Shown piece after piece: positions 54,122 to 64,000 of a stretch of DNA of 64,000 nt. The position numbers were made by a program, and so were the translations under genes. The DNA lies in contig CAWDFP010000007.1 in NCBI GenBank assembly GCA_963801605.1, forward strand, positions 392,285 through 456,284, in the 5' to 3' direction. Position 1 is the stretch's first letter; each line of letters starts with the position of its first letter. The notes under the pieces are model-generated. The model made no database searches and had not been told where the DNA came from. It saw nothing but the letters and a program-made list of their open reading frames with translations. This DNA is from an uncultured candidate division Zixibacteria bacterium. GTDB lineage: Bacteria; Zixibacteria; MSB-5A5; UBA10806.

Positions 54122-54247
54122 TCCTCCAACAAAGATTGTCTCATGCGGCTTATTTCAACCAAAGCACCAGTCCGCATGACAAGCCACAAATTAGCACCTA
54201 TTTACACAATCGGCAATGAAATTCTAAAGTAAAGTTAATCTAAATCA

Positions 54248-54277
54248 TTGACAACAATAATAGGAATAGCTATCATC
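54248..54277 (+). promoter_or_regulatory. Sigma-70 promoter overlapped by a Fur-family-like box
   Basis: TTGACA-N17-TATCAT; AATAGGAAT-A-GCTATCATC at 54259-54277. Confidence 0.55.
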
Positions 54278-54315
54278 AAAATCGGTGAAATTTGTTGGAT
54301 TTTGGGGAGGATTTT

Positions 54316-55129
54316 GTGAAGTATCTATTGATGATCGCGCTCCTGGCGGGACAATTCCTGCTGATCCAAAATGTTTGCAATGCCTATCCACAATATACGG
54401 GATATTCGGGCTCTCCGGGCAGGCAAGCCTGTTCTATCTCTTGCCATCACAGGCGGAGTTTTGCGCCAACCATCACTGTAAGCGGCTTTCCGCAATCGTA
54501 TGTGCCGGGCCAGCAATATACGATTGCAGTTGGCCATAACGGCGGAAGCAATATCAGCCAATTCAATAGTTCGGTTCGGGTAGGCGCCGGCTCTGTCAAT
54601 GCGGGAATAATTGCGGCAGGTTCATTTACAACAGTTTATAATGTGACCGGGGAAACTAACGGAGTGCATTTTTCATCATCCAATAGAGCGTCAGGCGATT
54701 TCCGCTGGACCGCACCGGCGCCAGGAACAGGCACAGTCAAGTTATATCTGGCGGCGCTTCAGGGAAGCTTATCCAGCGGAGCCGATACGCAGATCGTTCT
54801 GACAAGCTCAGAGAACGTTACCGGAATCGAGGAAGAGCCTGTCAGGCCGCAGAGGATTTCGTTACTACGCAATTATCCCAATCCTTTTAATTCGGAAACG
54901 ACTAATCGAATTTGGGTTGGAAAAAGCAGGACAAGCGGAACTAATAATCAGCAATATTATGGGGCAATCAGTTTATCACAAGATGCTGCTTTTCGATAAG
55001 CCTGGCACATTTTCAGTTCGATGGAACGGCAGGAATGAGGCCGGGACGGAGTTACCATCGGGAGTATACTTCTATCAGCTCCGGACTTCGGAAAGCAGTC
55101 TAAGCCGTCGAATGCTATTTCTTAAGTGA
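54316..55129 (+). CDS. Secreted Reeler-like protein with a CX3CH motif and a T9SS CTD, copy 1; frameshift near 54905
   Basis: GTG after a GGAGG RBS. GYSGSPGRQACSISCHH, PQSYVPGQQYTI, FRWTAP..GTGTV.LY.A, NYPNPFN. The CTD continues in ORF 54917..55129. Confidence 0.82.
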
Positions 55130-55270
55130 TGGTCGTAAGCCCATAATACCATAAGGCTTACAAAATCAACTGCTCATATTCGGGAGAATATCGTCGGGCA
55201 ACTGCCTGACGATATTTCATTGCTAAAGAAATAAATCAGTTTAGATAAATTTGATACCGATACTTATATA

Positions 55271-55299
55271 TTGACAATAGTAATTATTCCTATTTAATT
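55271..55299 (+). promoter_or_regulatory. Sigma-70 promoter overlapped by a 9-1-9 Fur/Zur-like inverted repeat
   Basis: TTGACA-N17-TTAATT; AATAGTAAT-T-ATTCCTATT at 55276-55294 with 8 of 9 positions symmetric. Confidence 0.6.
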
Positions 55300-55330
55300 T
55301 GGAGCAGGGAATTAAATAGAAGGAGGCAAA

Positions 55331-56131
55331 ATGAAAACCACTGTTTTGACGATTATGATGGGTTTGATTGCGATTCAGGCCTGGGGGCACGCCAGCTATA
55401 CCGGTTATTCCGGTGCGCCGGGACGGCAAAGCTGTTCCATGTCCTGCCATCACAAGCGTAACTTCGCGCCAACCGTAACAGTGACCGGATTTCCGCAGAC
55501 TTATGTACCCGGTCAGCAATATACGATTGCGGTGGCGCACAGCGGCGGAACGACAATTAAGCAGTTCAACGCCTCGGTGCGGGTTGGTATCGGTTCGACC
55601 AACGCAGGCACATTGACGACCGGAACCAGCACGTCAATATACAATGTTGGCGGCGAAACCAATGGTGCACATTTTTCGTCATCCGATCAGAACTCCGGGA
55701 CAATTCTCTGGACAGCCCCGTCAGCCGGAACAGGCACAGTCAGATTCTACTGGGCTGGTTTGCAGGGAAATCTTTCCAGCGGCGCCGACACAGCGATAGT
55801 ATTAGTAAGCAACGAAAATACAACCGGTATCGATGACAACACCAATCTACCTCAAGTGCTGGCTCTGGCTCAAAATTATCCTAATCCTTTTAATGCCGAG
55901 ACGATTATCAAATTCAGTTTGTCGCAACCTGGACATGCCGAAATTTCGATAAGCAATATCCTGGGACAGCAGGTTTATTCCTGGTCGGATGAAATCGAAA
56001 ACCCGGGGCCTGTGGCATTGCGTTGGGATGGCAGGAGCAGTCAGGGGAATGATCTACCATCGGGAGTATATTTCTATCGGCTGAGGACATCCGAGGGCGA
56101 GCTGACGCGGCAGTTGACGCTGTTGCGTTAG
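55331..56131 (+). CDS. Secreted Reeler-like protein with a CX3CH motif and a T9SS CTD, copy 2
   Basis: GYSGAPGRQSCSMSCHH, PQTYVPGQQYTI, LWTAPSAGTGTVRFYWAG, AQNYPNPFN...PSGVYFYRL. Confidence 0.88.
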   Translation: MKTTVLTIMMGLIAIQAWGHASYTGYSGAPGRQSCSMSCHHKRNFAPTVTVTGFPQTYVPGQQYTIAVAHSGGTTIKQFNASVRVGIGSTNAGTLTTGTSTSIYNVGGETNGAHFSSSDQNSGTILWTAPSAGTGTVRFYWAGLQGNLSSGADTAIVLVSNENTTGIDDNTNLPQVLALAQNYPNPFNAETIIKFSLSQPGHAEISISNILGQQVYSWSDEIENPGPVALRWDGRSSQGNDLPSGVYFYRLRTSEGELTRQLTLLR

Positions 56132-56223
56132 CAAGCGGCTCTCCCCTGTCAGCGAGATTCGACGGGAGAGGGCAATAATAATTCCGACAGGTCTATGGCT
56201 TCCGTGACTTGCCGGTTTTAGAT

Positions 56224-56259
56224 ACGCCAGAATGAAGTTTATTCTGGCGTTTCTTTTTT
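56224..56259 (+). terminator. Rho-independent terminator
   Basis: ACGCCAGAAT-gaagttt-ATTCTGGCGT followed by TTCTTTTTT. Confidence 0.8.
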
Positions 56260-56589
56260 AACATTGGATTTTTATTTAATTAAGATCAATTTTATTTTTT
56301 GAGGGCGGCACGCCACGCCGCGTAGGCGTCTCCCCCGGCATAAACCTCAAGCTGCGCGGGCCGATCCTCTTGCCTTTGAGAATAATACTAAATATGCGAA
56401 GCTTCTGACTACGTTTGACATCCTTTTCCCAAAAACTCTTGACTAATCAAAATCAGCCCTACATTCGCTCCTAAGCAAAGTTCAACGGCTTCATGGGGAT
56501 GTCCTGCTAATTTTAAGTTGCTTGCCAAAAGGCTGGACATACCCAATTATTTTATCCCCCTCAACTTGTATCATTTTTTTAAAATAAAA

Positions 56590-56616
56590 TAGGGGCGTAT
56601 CGCCATACGCCCCAAC
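56590..56616. repeat. REP-like palindrome; may also terminate nfnB
   Basis: TAGGGGCGTAT-cgcc-ATACGCCCCAAC, resembling a GTAG-type REP. Confidence 0.55.
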
Positions 56617-56672
56617 ACCAAAAAGCAATTTTATTATTTAAAATTATTGAATGCTTACATCAATAATTGCTC

Positions 56673-58113
56673 TTACTTCCCTACCAGCGAATCCTTCTTG
56701 GAAAGCAGATACTGGTGAATCGCCTTGGCGGCCTTCTTCCCTGCTCCAGCGGCAAGAATTACAGTAGCGCCGCCGGTAACGATATCGCCTCCGGCATAGA
56801 CACCCTCGCGCGAGGATTGCATCGTTTCAGGATTGACGATGATATTGCCCCAACGGTTGGTCTCGAGACCGGGCGTTGTCTGCGGAATGAGCGGGTTGGA
56901 GGAGTTGCCGATAGCCACCACCACGAGGTCAACTTCCATAGTGAAATTGGAACCCTCGATTGGCACCGGGCGTCGACGGCCGGAATCATCGGGTTCGCCA
57001 AGCTTCATCTGGAGGCATTCCATGGCAACCACTTTGCCTTCATCATCGCCGATGAAACGGATAGGAGTGGTCAGCATGTGGAACTGCACGCCCTCCTGCT
57101 GGGCATGATGGATCTCCTCGGCCCTGGCAGGCATCTCAGCCTCGCTGCGGCGATAGACGATGTAGGAATTCTCAGAACCGAGACGAAGAGAAGTGCGCAC
57201 CGAATCCATAGCGGTATTACCGCCGCCAAGAACCGCCACGTTCTTGCCCTTGATGATCGGGGTATCATGATTGGGGAAATCGAAAGCGCGCATAAGATTG
57301 GAGCGCGTTAAATATTCGTTCGAGGAATAGATGCCGATGAGGTTTTCGCCGGGGATACCCATGAAATTGGGAAGGCCCGCGCCGGTGCCGATAAAGACAG
57401 CATCATATCCCATCTGGAAAAGCTCATCGATGGTATCGCTTTTGCCAATGACTGTCGAGGTTTGGAATTCGACTCCCAACCGCGCCATGTAGTCGCACTC
57501 GGCCTGGACAATCTTTTTGGGAAGCCTGAATTCCGGGATGCCATAAACGAGCACACCACCGGTTTTATGCAGGGCTTCGAAGATGGTAACTTTGTGACCA
57601 AGCTTAATGAGATCGCCTGCCACGGTCAAGCCAGCCGGGCCCGAACCGACCACGGCAACTTTAAAGCCGCTATCGGGCGCCATCTCGGGAATCTGAGTTA
57701 ATTTATTTTCGCGCTCGTAGTCGGCGACGAAGCGTTCGAGGTATCCAATCGCTACGGGTTTAAATTTCTTGGCCAGAATACAAACGACCTCGCACTGCTC
57801 CTCCTGCGGGCAGACTCGTCCGCAAATGGCGGGCAGCGAGTTGGTCTCTTTGATCTTGCGGGCAGCAGCCGCGTAATCCCGATCAACGACAAGCCGGATA
57901 AATCCCGGGTATATCAACCTCGACCGGACAACCTGCAACACAGGGAGCTTTGGCGCATTCAAGACATCTTGATGCTTCCGTGACTGCCAGTTCGGTTTCA
58001 AGACCGAAAGGCACTTCGTTAAAATTATGAATTCGTTCTTTAGGATCCTGCTCGGGCATCTTGGTCCGAGGTATTTTCATACGATCTTTTTTATCAAGTT
58101 TTTGGTCGGCCAC
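56673..58113 (-). CDS. nfnB: NfnB / GltD-like NADPH-dependent Fe-S flavoprotein; frameshift near 57905
   Basis: EASRCLECAKAPCVAGCPV in ORF 57883..58113 joins ICGRVCPQEEQCE, GSGPAGL, YGIPEFRLP, GGGNTAMD and AGGDIVTG. Confidence 0.9.
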
Positions 58114-58217
58114 CTTTATTCTCCTGGTCCCTTTGAATTAAAACTCTCGATTTTATCAAATCCGCCGGGTCAATATTCATTTTTACTTGCCGAGGAACAT
58201 TAGCCCGGAAACTGTCA

Positions 58218-59084
58218 TTATTTTACCAACGTTTTCACCGAATCGGCCAATTTACAGCCGGGAGCATCAAGGAATTTATGGAATGACTCGCGCTCCTGTT
58301 GTTTGTACGCGTTAAGACGCTTGGTGAGGAGGTCAAAATCAACCAGATGCCCATCGAAATCCGGGCCATCAACACAAGCGAATTTGGTGGTATTGCCAAC
58401 CGCCACGCGGCAGCCGCCGCACATGCCGGTGCCATCCACCATCAGCGGATTGAGCGAAACCCAGGTAGGCACGCCATACGGCTTGGTCAGATTGGCGACA
58501 ACTCTCATCATCGGTACCGGCCCGATAGCCATAATCATTCCAACCTTTTCGCCGGAATCGAGGATCTGTTTTAGGACATCGGAGACAAAGCCATGATGGC
58601 CATAAGAGCCATCATCGGTGCAAACGAATAATTTATCGGCAACGGCTTTGTGCTCTTCTTCATAGAAAAGGATGTTTTTGGAGCGAGCGCCAATTATCGT
58701 ATACAGCTTGTTCCCGGCGGCTTTCCAAGCTTGTGCGATGGGATAGATAGGAGCTACACCGATACCGCCTCCGACAACAATCGCCGTGCCCCAATTTTCT
58801 ACATGGGTCGGCAAACCCAACGGGCCGACACAATCCAAAATGTCACCGCCCTTGGGAACGGTGGTCATCAGGGCCGATGTTTTTCCAACTACCTGGTAGA
58901 TTACAGTAAGGATGCCGTTTTCGCGATCGAGCCCTCCGATTGACATCGGGACCCTCTCGCCCGCCTCGTTAACGCGGATTATAACAAACTGCCCCGGTTT
59001 GGCCTTTTCGACCAGCTTGGGGACTTTAACGAGCATTTTCCAGTTTTGCGGACCAATCTGAACATTATCAAGCACTTTAGGCAT
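58218..59084 (-). CDS. nfnA: NfnA / SudB FAD-[2Fe-2S] subunit
   Basis: PGQFVIIRV...GERVP, GGGIGVAP, TDDGSYG, LMVDGTGMCGGCRV...CVDGPDFD. Confidence 0.9.
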   Translation of the reverse strand: MPKVLDNVQIGPQNWKMLVKVPKLVEKAKPGQFVIIRVNEAGERVPMSIGGLDRENGILTVIYQVVGKTSALMTTVPKGGDILDCVGPLGLPTHVENWGTAIVVGGGIGVAPIYPIAQAWKAAGNKLYTIIGARSKNILFYEEEHKAVADKLFVCTDDGSYGHHGFVSDVLKQILDSGEKVGMIMAIGPVPMMRVVANLTKPYGVPTWVSLNPLMVDGTGMCGGCRVAVGNTTKFACVDGPDFDGHLVDFDLLTKRLNAYKQQERESFHKFLDAPGCKLADSVKTLVK

Positions 59085-59236
59085 CAAAGAACCTCCAAAC
59101 GCTAAATTAACCTTGCCACCATTAAGATAAAATCTGGAGAGATAATAGGCAATATGATAATTTGGAGAAATATTAAATGCGGGGAGTATGTCTCCCCGCT
59201 AATTGTCGATATATGTCTCTATTTGAAGTAGTTAAA

Positions 59237-60151
59237 TTAGCTCATCCACTGGGCAAACTTGACCATGATGGCCTTTTGAGCGTGCAGGCGATTCTCGGCT
59301 TCATCGAATACCACCGAATGCGGGCCATCGATAACTTCATCCGTGATTTCGCGGCCGCGTTCCGCAGGCAGGCAGTGCATCACTATATGAGACGGGTTGG
59401 CACCGGCAAGAAGATGTGCGTTAATCTGGTATTCCTTGAGCATATCGGCTTTGGATTTAGCCTGATCCTTCTGGCCCATCGAGGCCCAGACATCGGTATA
59501 AATGACATCGGCATTCCTGACGGCCTCATGAGGATCCTCGGTAATTGTGATTTTCGATTTTCCGGCTTTGAGCGCGTTTTGCAGGATTTGCTATCGGGCA
59601 TGGTTTCTTTGCGGGTCCCGATACGAAAATCAAAGGGAAGGATGGTGGCGGCCTCAAGCCAGCTGTTGCAAACGTTGTTGCCATCACCGAGATAAGCGAT
59701 CTTCATGTTATCGATTTTGCCCTTGTGCTCGACTATGGTTTGCATATCGGCAACAATCTGGCAGGGATGCGAAAGATCGGTCAGGCCGTTGATTACGGGG
59801 ACATCGGCATATTTCGCCAGTTCCTCGACTGATTTATGTGAGAAGGTGCGAATTTCGATCATGCCGACATAACGCGAAAGTACCTTGGCGACATCGTGAA
59901 TCGATTCGCGGACTCCAAGTTGAATTTCGTTATCGGTGATATAAAGGTGAGTGCCCACCTAGTTCGCTGATACCAACCTCGAACGAGATACGGGTCCTGA
60001 GCGACGGCTTATGAAAAATACAGGCGACTGTTTTACCTTTAAGTACATCGAGAACTTGCCCTTTTTTCCTTTTCAGTTCGATCGCGAGCTTGAGTGTTTC
60101 GCGAAGTTCGGTTTCGTTAAAATCTGTTACTTGCAGGAAGGATCTTTTCAT
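59237..60151 (-). CDS. argF: Ornithine carbamoyltransferase; frameshifts near 59950 and 59590
   Basis: [45 protein letters not shown] and EAENRLH distributed over three frames. Confidence 0.9.
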
Positions 60152-60223
60152 ATTCGTACTCCTTATTTTATTGACCATGCAATTTGATTATCCCGATTAT
60201 TATTAAAGGTCGGGCGAAAAAAC

Positions 60224-61576
60224 CTAATTAAGCCCGGCATTATAATTTGTCGATTTTCGATTGAAGAATATTCCGTCGGTTGAGCTTTTGGGTAACAGGT
60301 TTATTTTTAAAAGCATTGCAAAAGGGATCCAGAATAAAACATCTGGATATGTCCAGCCAAATCCGAGAATCCAGCCAGTTTCAAAGAAGCTCCATCCTAC
60401 GAGAGCCAGAACACATCCATAAATTCCGAAAACGATGGCTTTATCTTCATCGGATTTTACTTTTTTTAAAGCCTTTATGCCGTTTATAAAAGATAAATAG
60501 TAAATCCATATCGATAGCAAAAATCCCGCTATGCCTAAATTGGCGGTTGTGTTCAAAAGAAAATTATGCGCGTGGAACAACATATGAGATGTACTCCGTA
60601 ACCAGGAGTTATTAAGATATGAATACATGGCACTTTGGAAATTTCCCACGCCAATTCCCAGCAAAGGATTATGACTGATTATATCCATGGTATTTGTCCA
60701 TAGCTTATCTCGATATGAAGAGCCGACATCCATTCTTAACGCGATCATAATCAATTTACTGGTTACCGGCAGCAAAAGAGATAGAAATACAATCCCCAGA
60801 ACGGAATAAACCAGAACTTTTACTTTTCTGGCTCGAATAAAAAATGCGACAATACTTATCATAAAACCAAGAAGCGAAGCGCGCGCATTAGTGAAAAATA
60901 AGGCTATAATCATTATGGAACATAAGAGAATTGCCACAACTCTGAGAGCTTTCTTGCGAGACCATATTGCCAATGCCAGCCAAAATGGGATAACCGCGAT
61001 TAATGCCGCGCCGAAGGAATTAACATTCTGGAAAAGCCCAGAAGGCTTGAATCTGAATAACGCTAATAAATCCAACAGGTTTCTTACATGAACATATAAA
61101 TATAGCTGCTGAATAGAACCAATACAGAGTGGGAATGTAGCGGCGGCAAATATTAGAATTGTTGATTCCGGGCGGTAAATATCATAAAAAGAATATACAA
61201 AAAAGAAAAACGTTATGTATAAAAGAATAAATTTCGAATCATTTGGATTCAATCCATTGTATATGACAGATAAAATAACCAACAGCATTACCATAATGGG
61301 AAAAACAATTAAAAATGACGATGCCGGACTAAAAGTTCTGCCGTTGATCATGATACGTAACAGCCAAAATGCAATGATGAGGTCTGTAAAAATAACTACG
61401 CTTGTCCCAAAATAGGACCAATACCAATGCATAACAAAGGGTGAAACAGCTATAAAAAAACAAAACAGAAATAAATCATATTTAAAACTAAAATATAGAA
61501 TCGATAATCCACCGAGAATCGCCAAAAACTTGATACCTAAAGCGATAACGCCAAGCGAGCTTATTAGAGCAATCAA
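60224..61576 (-). CDS. O-antigen ligase / Wzy_C family membrane protein
   Basis: Multiple TM segments, GLFQNVNSFG, FTNARAS, NPLLGIGVGNF, HAHNFLL...LGIAG. Start uncertain. Confidence 0.85.
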   Translation of the reverse strand: MIALISSLGVIALGIKFLAILGGLSILYFSFKYDLFLFCFFIAVSPFVMHWYWSYFGTSVVIFTDLIIAFWLLRIMINGRTFSPASSFLIVFPIMVMLLVILSVIYNGLNPNDSKFILLYITFFFFVYSFYDIYRPESTILIFAAATFPLCIGSIQQLYLYVHVRNLLDLLALFRFKPSGLFQNVNSFGAALIAVIPFWLALAIWSRKKALRVVAILLCSIMIIALFFTNARASLLGFMISIVAFFIRARKVKVLVYSVLGIVFLSLLLPVTSKLIMIALRMDVGSSYRDKLWTNTMDIISHNPLLGIGVGNFQSAMYSYLNNSWLRSTSHMLFHAHNFLLNTTANLGIAGFLLSIWIYYLSFINGIKALKKVKSDEDKAIVFGIYGCVLALVGWSFFETGWILGFGWTYPDVLFWIPFAMLLKINLLPKSSTDGIFFNRKSTNYNAGLN

Positions 61577-61692
61577 TATAGCAGCTTTAAGGACGGTGCC
61601 GCTATTTGTCTCTTTTGGGAAACATTTTCTAATTTCTGCAATTCAATAAAACAATCATATTAAATTTGTTAATCAAATTCGCTAAAAATTCC

Positions 61693-63083
61693 TTACAAAA
61701 TATACCGTGAAAGATCTTCATCCTCGACGATTTCTTTCAGGGTATCTCTGACAACCTTCTTGTTGATCTTAAACTTTTTGGTATCGCTATCGGGCGAATC
61801 ATACATGACATTTTCCAAAAGCTTGGTCATGACCGTATGCAAGTCGACGAGCACCGATATTCTCAGTGCGGGTGTTAACCTCGAACGCAATTCGTGGCGA
61901 TCTCCTCCACGCCGGAATCCTCGAAATTAAGCTCCACACCCTCGGTTTTCATCAACGCCGAGTACTGCTTGATAAGAGCGTTTTCCGGTTCAGTTAGAAT
62001 TCGCACAAAATCGGCGGCTTTGAGATCATCGAGTTCGACGCGAATCGGGAATCGCCCCTGAAGTTCGGGAATCAGATCGGATGGTTTGGAAATATGAAAA
62101 GCGCCGGCGGCGATAAAGAGGACATGATCGGTTTTCACCAGGCCGTACTTGGTCATGACATTGGTGCCCTCGACAATGGGCAGGATATCGCGCTGGACAC
62201 CCTCGCGGGAAACATCGGGGCCCACGTTCGATTTCTCACCGGCAATCTTATCGAGCTCATCGACAAAAATCATGCCGGAGTTTTCGACCCGTCCGATAGC
62301 CTCGGCGATTACCTCTTCCATATCGATCAGTTTATTAGCTTCCTCGGCGGCCAGTATCTTGAGAGCCTCCGGCACCAGCACGCGACGCTTGCGAGTCTTC
62401 TTGGGCATCATGCCGGAAAACATCTCCTGGACATTGACTCCCAATTCTTCCATTCCCATGGGAGAGAAAATTTCCACAATCGGAAAACGGGTATCGGAGA
62501 TATCGATTTCGACAACGCGTTTGTCGAGCTTGCCATCGTGAAGCTGCTCGCGAAGCTTCTCGCGGGCATTCAGGCTCTTCTCCAAAAGCTCATCAGGTCC
62601 ATTGGCAGTCGGACCGGTCCTTCGGCGAGCCGATGATGGCAGAAGCAGATCCAATAATCGCTCCTCAGCAATTAGCGCCGCTTTGGATTCCACCCTTTCC
62701 TGCATTTCGCGCTTGACCATATTGACACCAAGATCGGTCAGGTCGCGCACCATTGATTCAACGTCGCGGCCAACGTAGCCGACCTCGGTATATTTGGAAG
62801 CCTCGACCTTGATAAAAGGCGCACCCGCCAAATTGGCGAGACGTCGGGCAATCTCGGTTTTGCCAACGCCGGTGGGGCCGATCATGATAATATTGTTGGG
62901 CATGATCTCATCGCGCAAACAGCCCTCGACCTTTTGACGACGCCAGCGATTGCGCATTGCGATAGCCACCATTTTCTTGGCGTTGTTCTGTCCGATGATA
63001 TATTTATCGAGTTCGGCGACAATCTCTTTGGGAGTCAGGGTTTTATATGGGATAATCTGATCGCTATCTTTAAGTTTGGTCAT
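61693..63083 (-). CDS. hslU: ATP-dependent protease ATPase subunit; two frameshifts near 61893 and 61843
   Basis: [28 protein letters not shown]. The [10 protein letters not shown] motif is recovered only by removing two single bases; ends DLSRYIL. Confidence 0.95.
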
Positions 63084-63615
63084 AGTGTCTCCACAGTGAT
63101 ATTCGAGTTGGTGTAAACGCAGATCGAGGCCGCTATCTCAAGCGATTTCTGAACGATATCACCTACGGAAAGCTTGGTATTGCTTTGAAGCGCCCGAGCG
63201 GCCGCCAGCGCATACGGTCCGCCGGAGCCGATTGCGACAATGCCGTCATCGGGCTCGATAACATCGCCGGTGCCGGAGAGCATCAGGACATGCTTTTTAT
63301 CCGCGATCACCAGGAGCGCCTCGAACCGTCGGAGATATTTATCGGTGCGCCATTCCTTGGCAAGCTCTACCGCGGCCTTGGGCATATTGCCGGCAAACTG
63401 ATCGATCTTCGATTCGAAACGCTCGAAGAGAGTGAAAGCGTCAGCGGTGGCGCCCGCAAAACCGGTGAGGATTGTATCATTGTATATCTTTCTGATCTTG
63501 GCGGCTTTGGCTTTCATGATCGTTTCCCCCATCGTGACCTGGCCATCGGCGCCCATGGCGGCGTGCCTTTGTCGAGAATGGCAAGTACGGTGGTGGCTCG
63601 ATATATATTACTCAT
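63080..63615 (-). CDS. hslV: ATP-dependent protease peptidase subunit; frameshift near 63565
   Basis: [13 protein letters not shown] (catalytic Thr) from ATG at 63615, then [17 protein letters not shown] and AIGSGGPYA. Confidence 0.93.
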
Positions 63616-63616
63616 A

Positions 63617-64000
63617 TTAACTTTTCTCCGCGCGAGGGTGCGCTTTTCTGTAAATCGTTATTAATCGTCCGGTAGTTGTATGCGCGTATTTTTGAGTGGT
63701 TCTCAAACTGGAATGCCCCAACATCTGCTGGACCGCTCGCAGATTGGCTCCGGCCTCCAGCAGATGCGTGGCAAACGAATGCCGCAGGCTGTGAGTGGAG
63801 AGCTTTTGCTTTTCCGAGGCTTTAAGCAGGTAGCTTTTGACAATCCGTCCGGCGCTGCGAGGTGTCAGCCGGCTACCGCGGTTATTGAGGAAGATCGCCA
63901 TGCCGGCTTTGGTGTTATCGGCGGTGACTTTGGCTTTCCGTATTTCGAGGTAGCGCTTGAGTGTCTCCCCTGTCTTCGGCCCCAGCGGTACAGTTCGAAA
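63617..64000 (-). CDS. xerC: Tyrosine recombinase XerC/XerD, C-terminal part, truncated by the window edge
   Basis: HSLRHSFATHLLEAGANLRAVQQMLGHSSL.TTQKY...AHPRA; the xerC-hslV-hslU order is a common synteny. Confidence 0.85.
   Translation of the reverse strand, partial: FRTVPLGPKTGETLKRYLEIRKAKVTADNTKAGMAIFLNNRGSRLTPRSAGRIVKSYLLKASEKQKLSTHSLRHSFATHLLEAGANLRAVQQMLGHSSLRTTQKYAHTTTGRLITIYRKAHPRAEKS

Noticed and set aside
56280..56560. Possible sRNA between convergent genes (GGGATGTCC...GGACATACCC stem)
   Set aside because: Single imperfect stem, promoter spacing only 15 bp, and no family recognised.
56673..58113. Glutamate synthase small subunit
   Set aside because: No large subunit is adjacent and the gene is paired with nfnA.
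59237..60151. N-acetyl- or N-succinyl-ornithine transcarbamylase suggested by SLRT
   Set aside because: HPCQ, SMG and HCLP motifs fit a canonical ornithine carbamoyltransferase better.
7909..63615. Programmed frameshifting, phase variation or an alternative genetic code as the cause of split genes
   Set aside because: The breaks are frame changes rather than in-frame stops, lack a common slippery or repeat motif, and affect housekeeping genes at random.
1..64000. CRISPR array, rRNA, tRNA, intact IS element or prophage
   Set aside because: No regularly spaced repeats, RNA gene signatures, transposase or phage genes were recognised by eye.
63617..64000. Tyrosine recombinase as an integrase of a mobile element
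   Set aside because: The Xer-type C-terminus and position upstream of hslVU indicate the housekeeping xerC.

Overview
Bacterial genomic DNA (about 45-50% GC by eye). The gene content points to the FCB superphylum and most resembles candidate phylum Zixibacteria: T9SS C-terminal domains (CTDs), a PorV-like protein and many dockerin-like and cohesin-like domains. This taxonomy is inferred, not tested. From left to right the window holds: two paralogous cohesin-like secreted proteins; an NtrC-type regulator; a secreted SNase-Ada nuclease; MenG/UbiE and a prenyl synthase; a three-gene multi-GAF kinase cascade divergent from an ECF sigma/anti-sigma/YbjQ operon; two dockerin-tagged secreted proteins, one a papain-family protease; a 15-kb locus with two multi-OB-fold secreted proteins, a variant-CTD protein, a lipoprotein, a TonB-dependent receptor, a PorV-like barrel and an NHL lipoprotein; an inositol-lipid cluster (ino1, CDP-alcohol phosphotransferase, Aur1/PAP2-like); rsmI; a split glutamine-dependent NAD synthetase; ssb; DUF2723; SBP-NtrY-NtrX; a ZIP transporter; ackA; hbd; two tandem Reeler-like CX3CH T9SS proteins; nfnAB; argF; a low-GC O-antigen ligase; and hslU-hslV-xerC. 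About 20 single-base frameshifts interrupt genes, including ssb, hslU, hslV and argF, so these are most likely long-read consensus errors. The best candidates for an undescribed system are (1) a cohesin-dockerin surface-display system coupled to T9SS in a non-cellulosomal setting and (2) a TonB/PorV/tandem-OB-fold locus that may capture extracellular nucleic acid. No rRNA, tRNA, CRISPR array or intact transposase was recognised. All domain calls come from motif recognition, not database searches.
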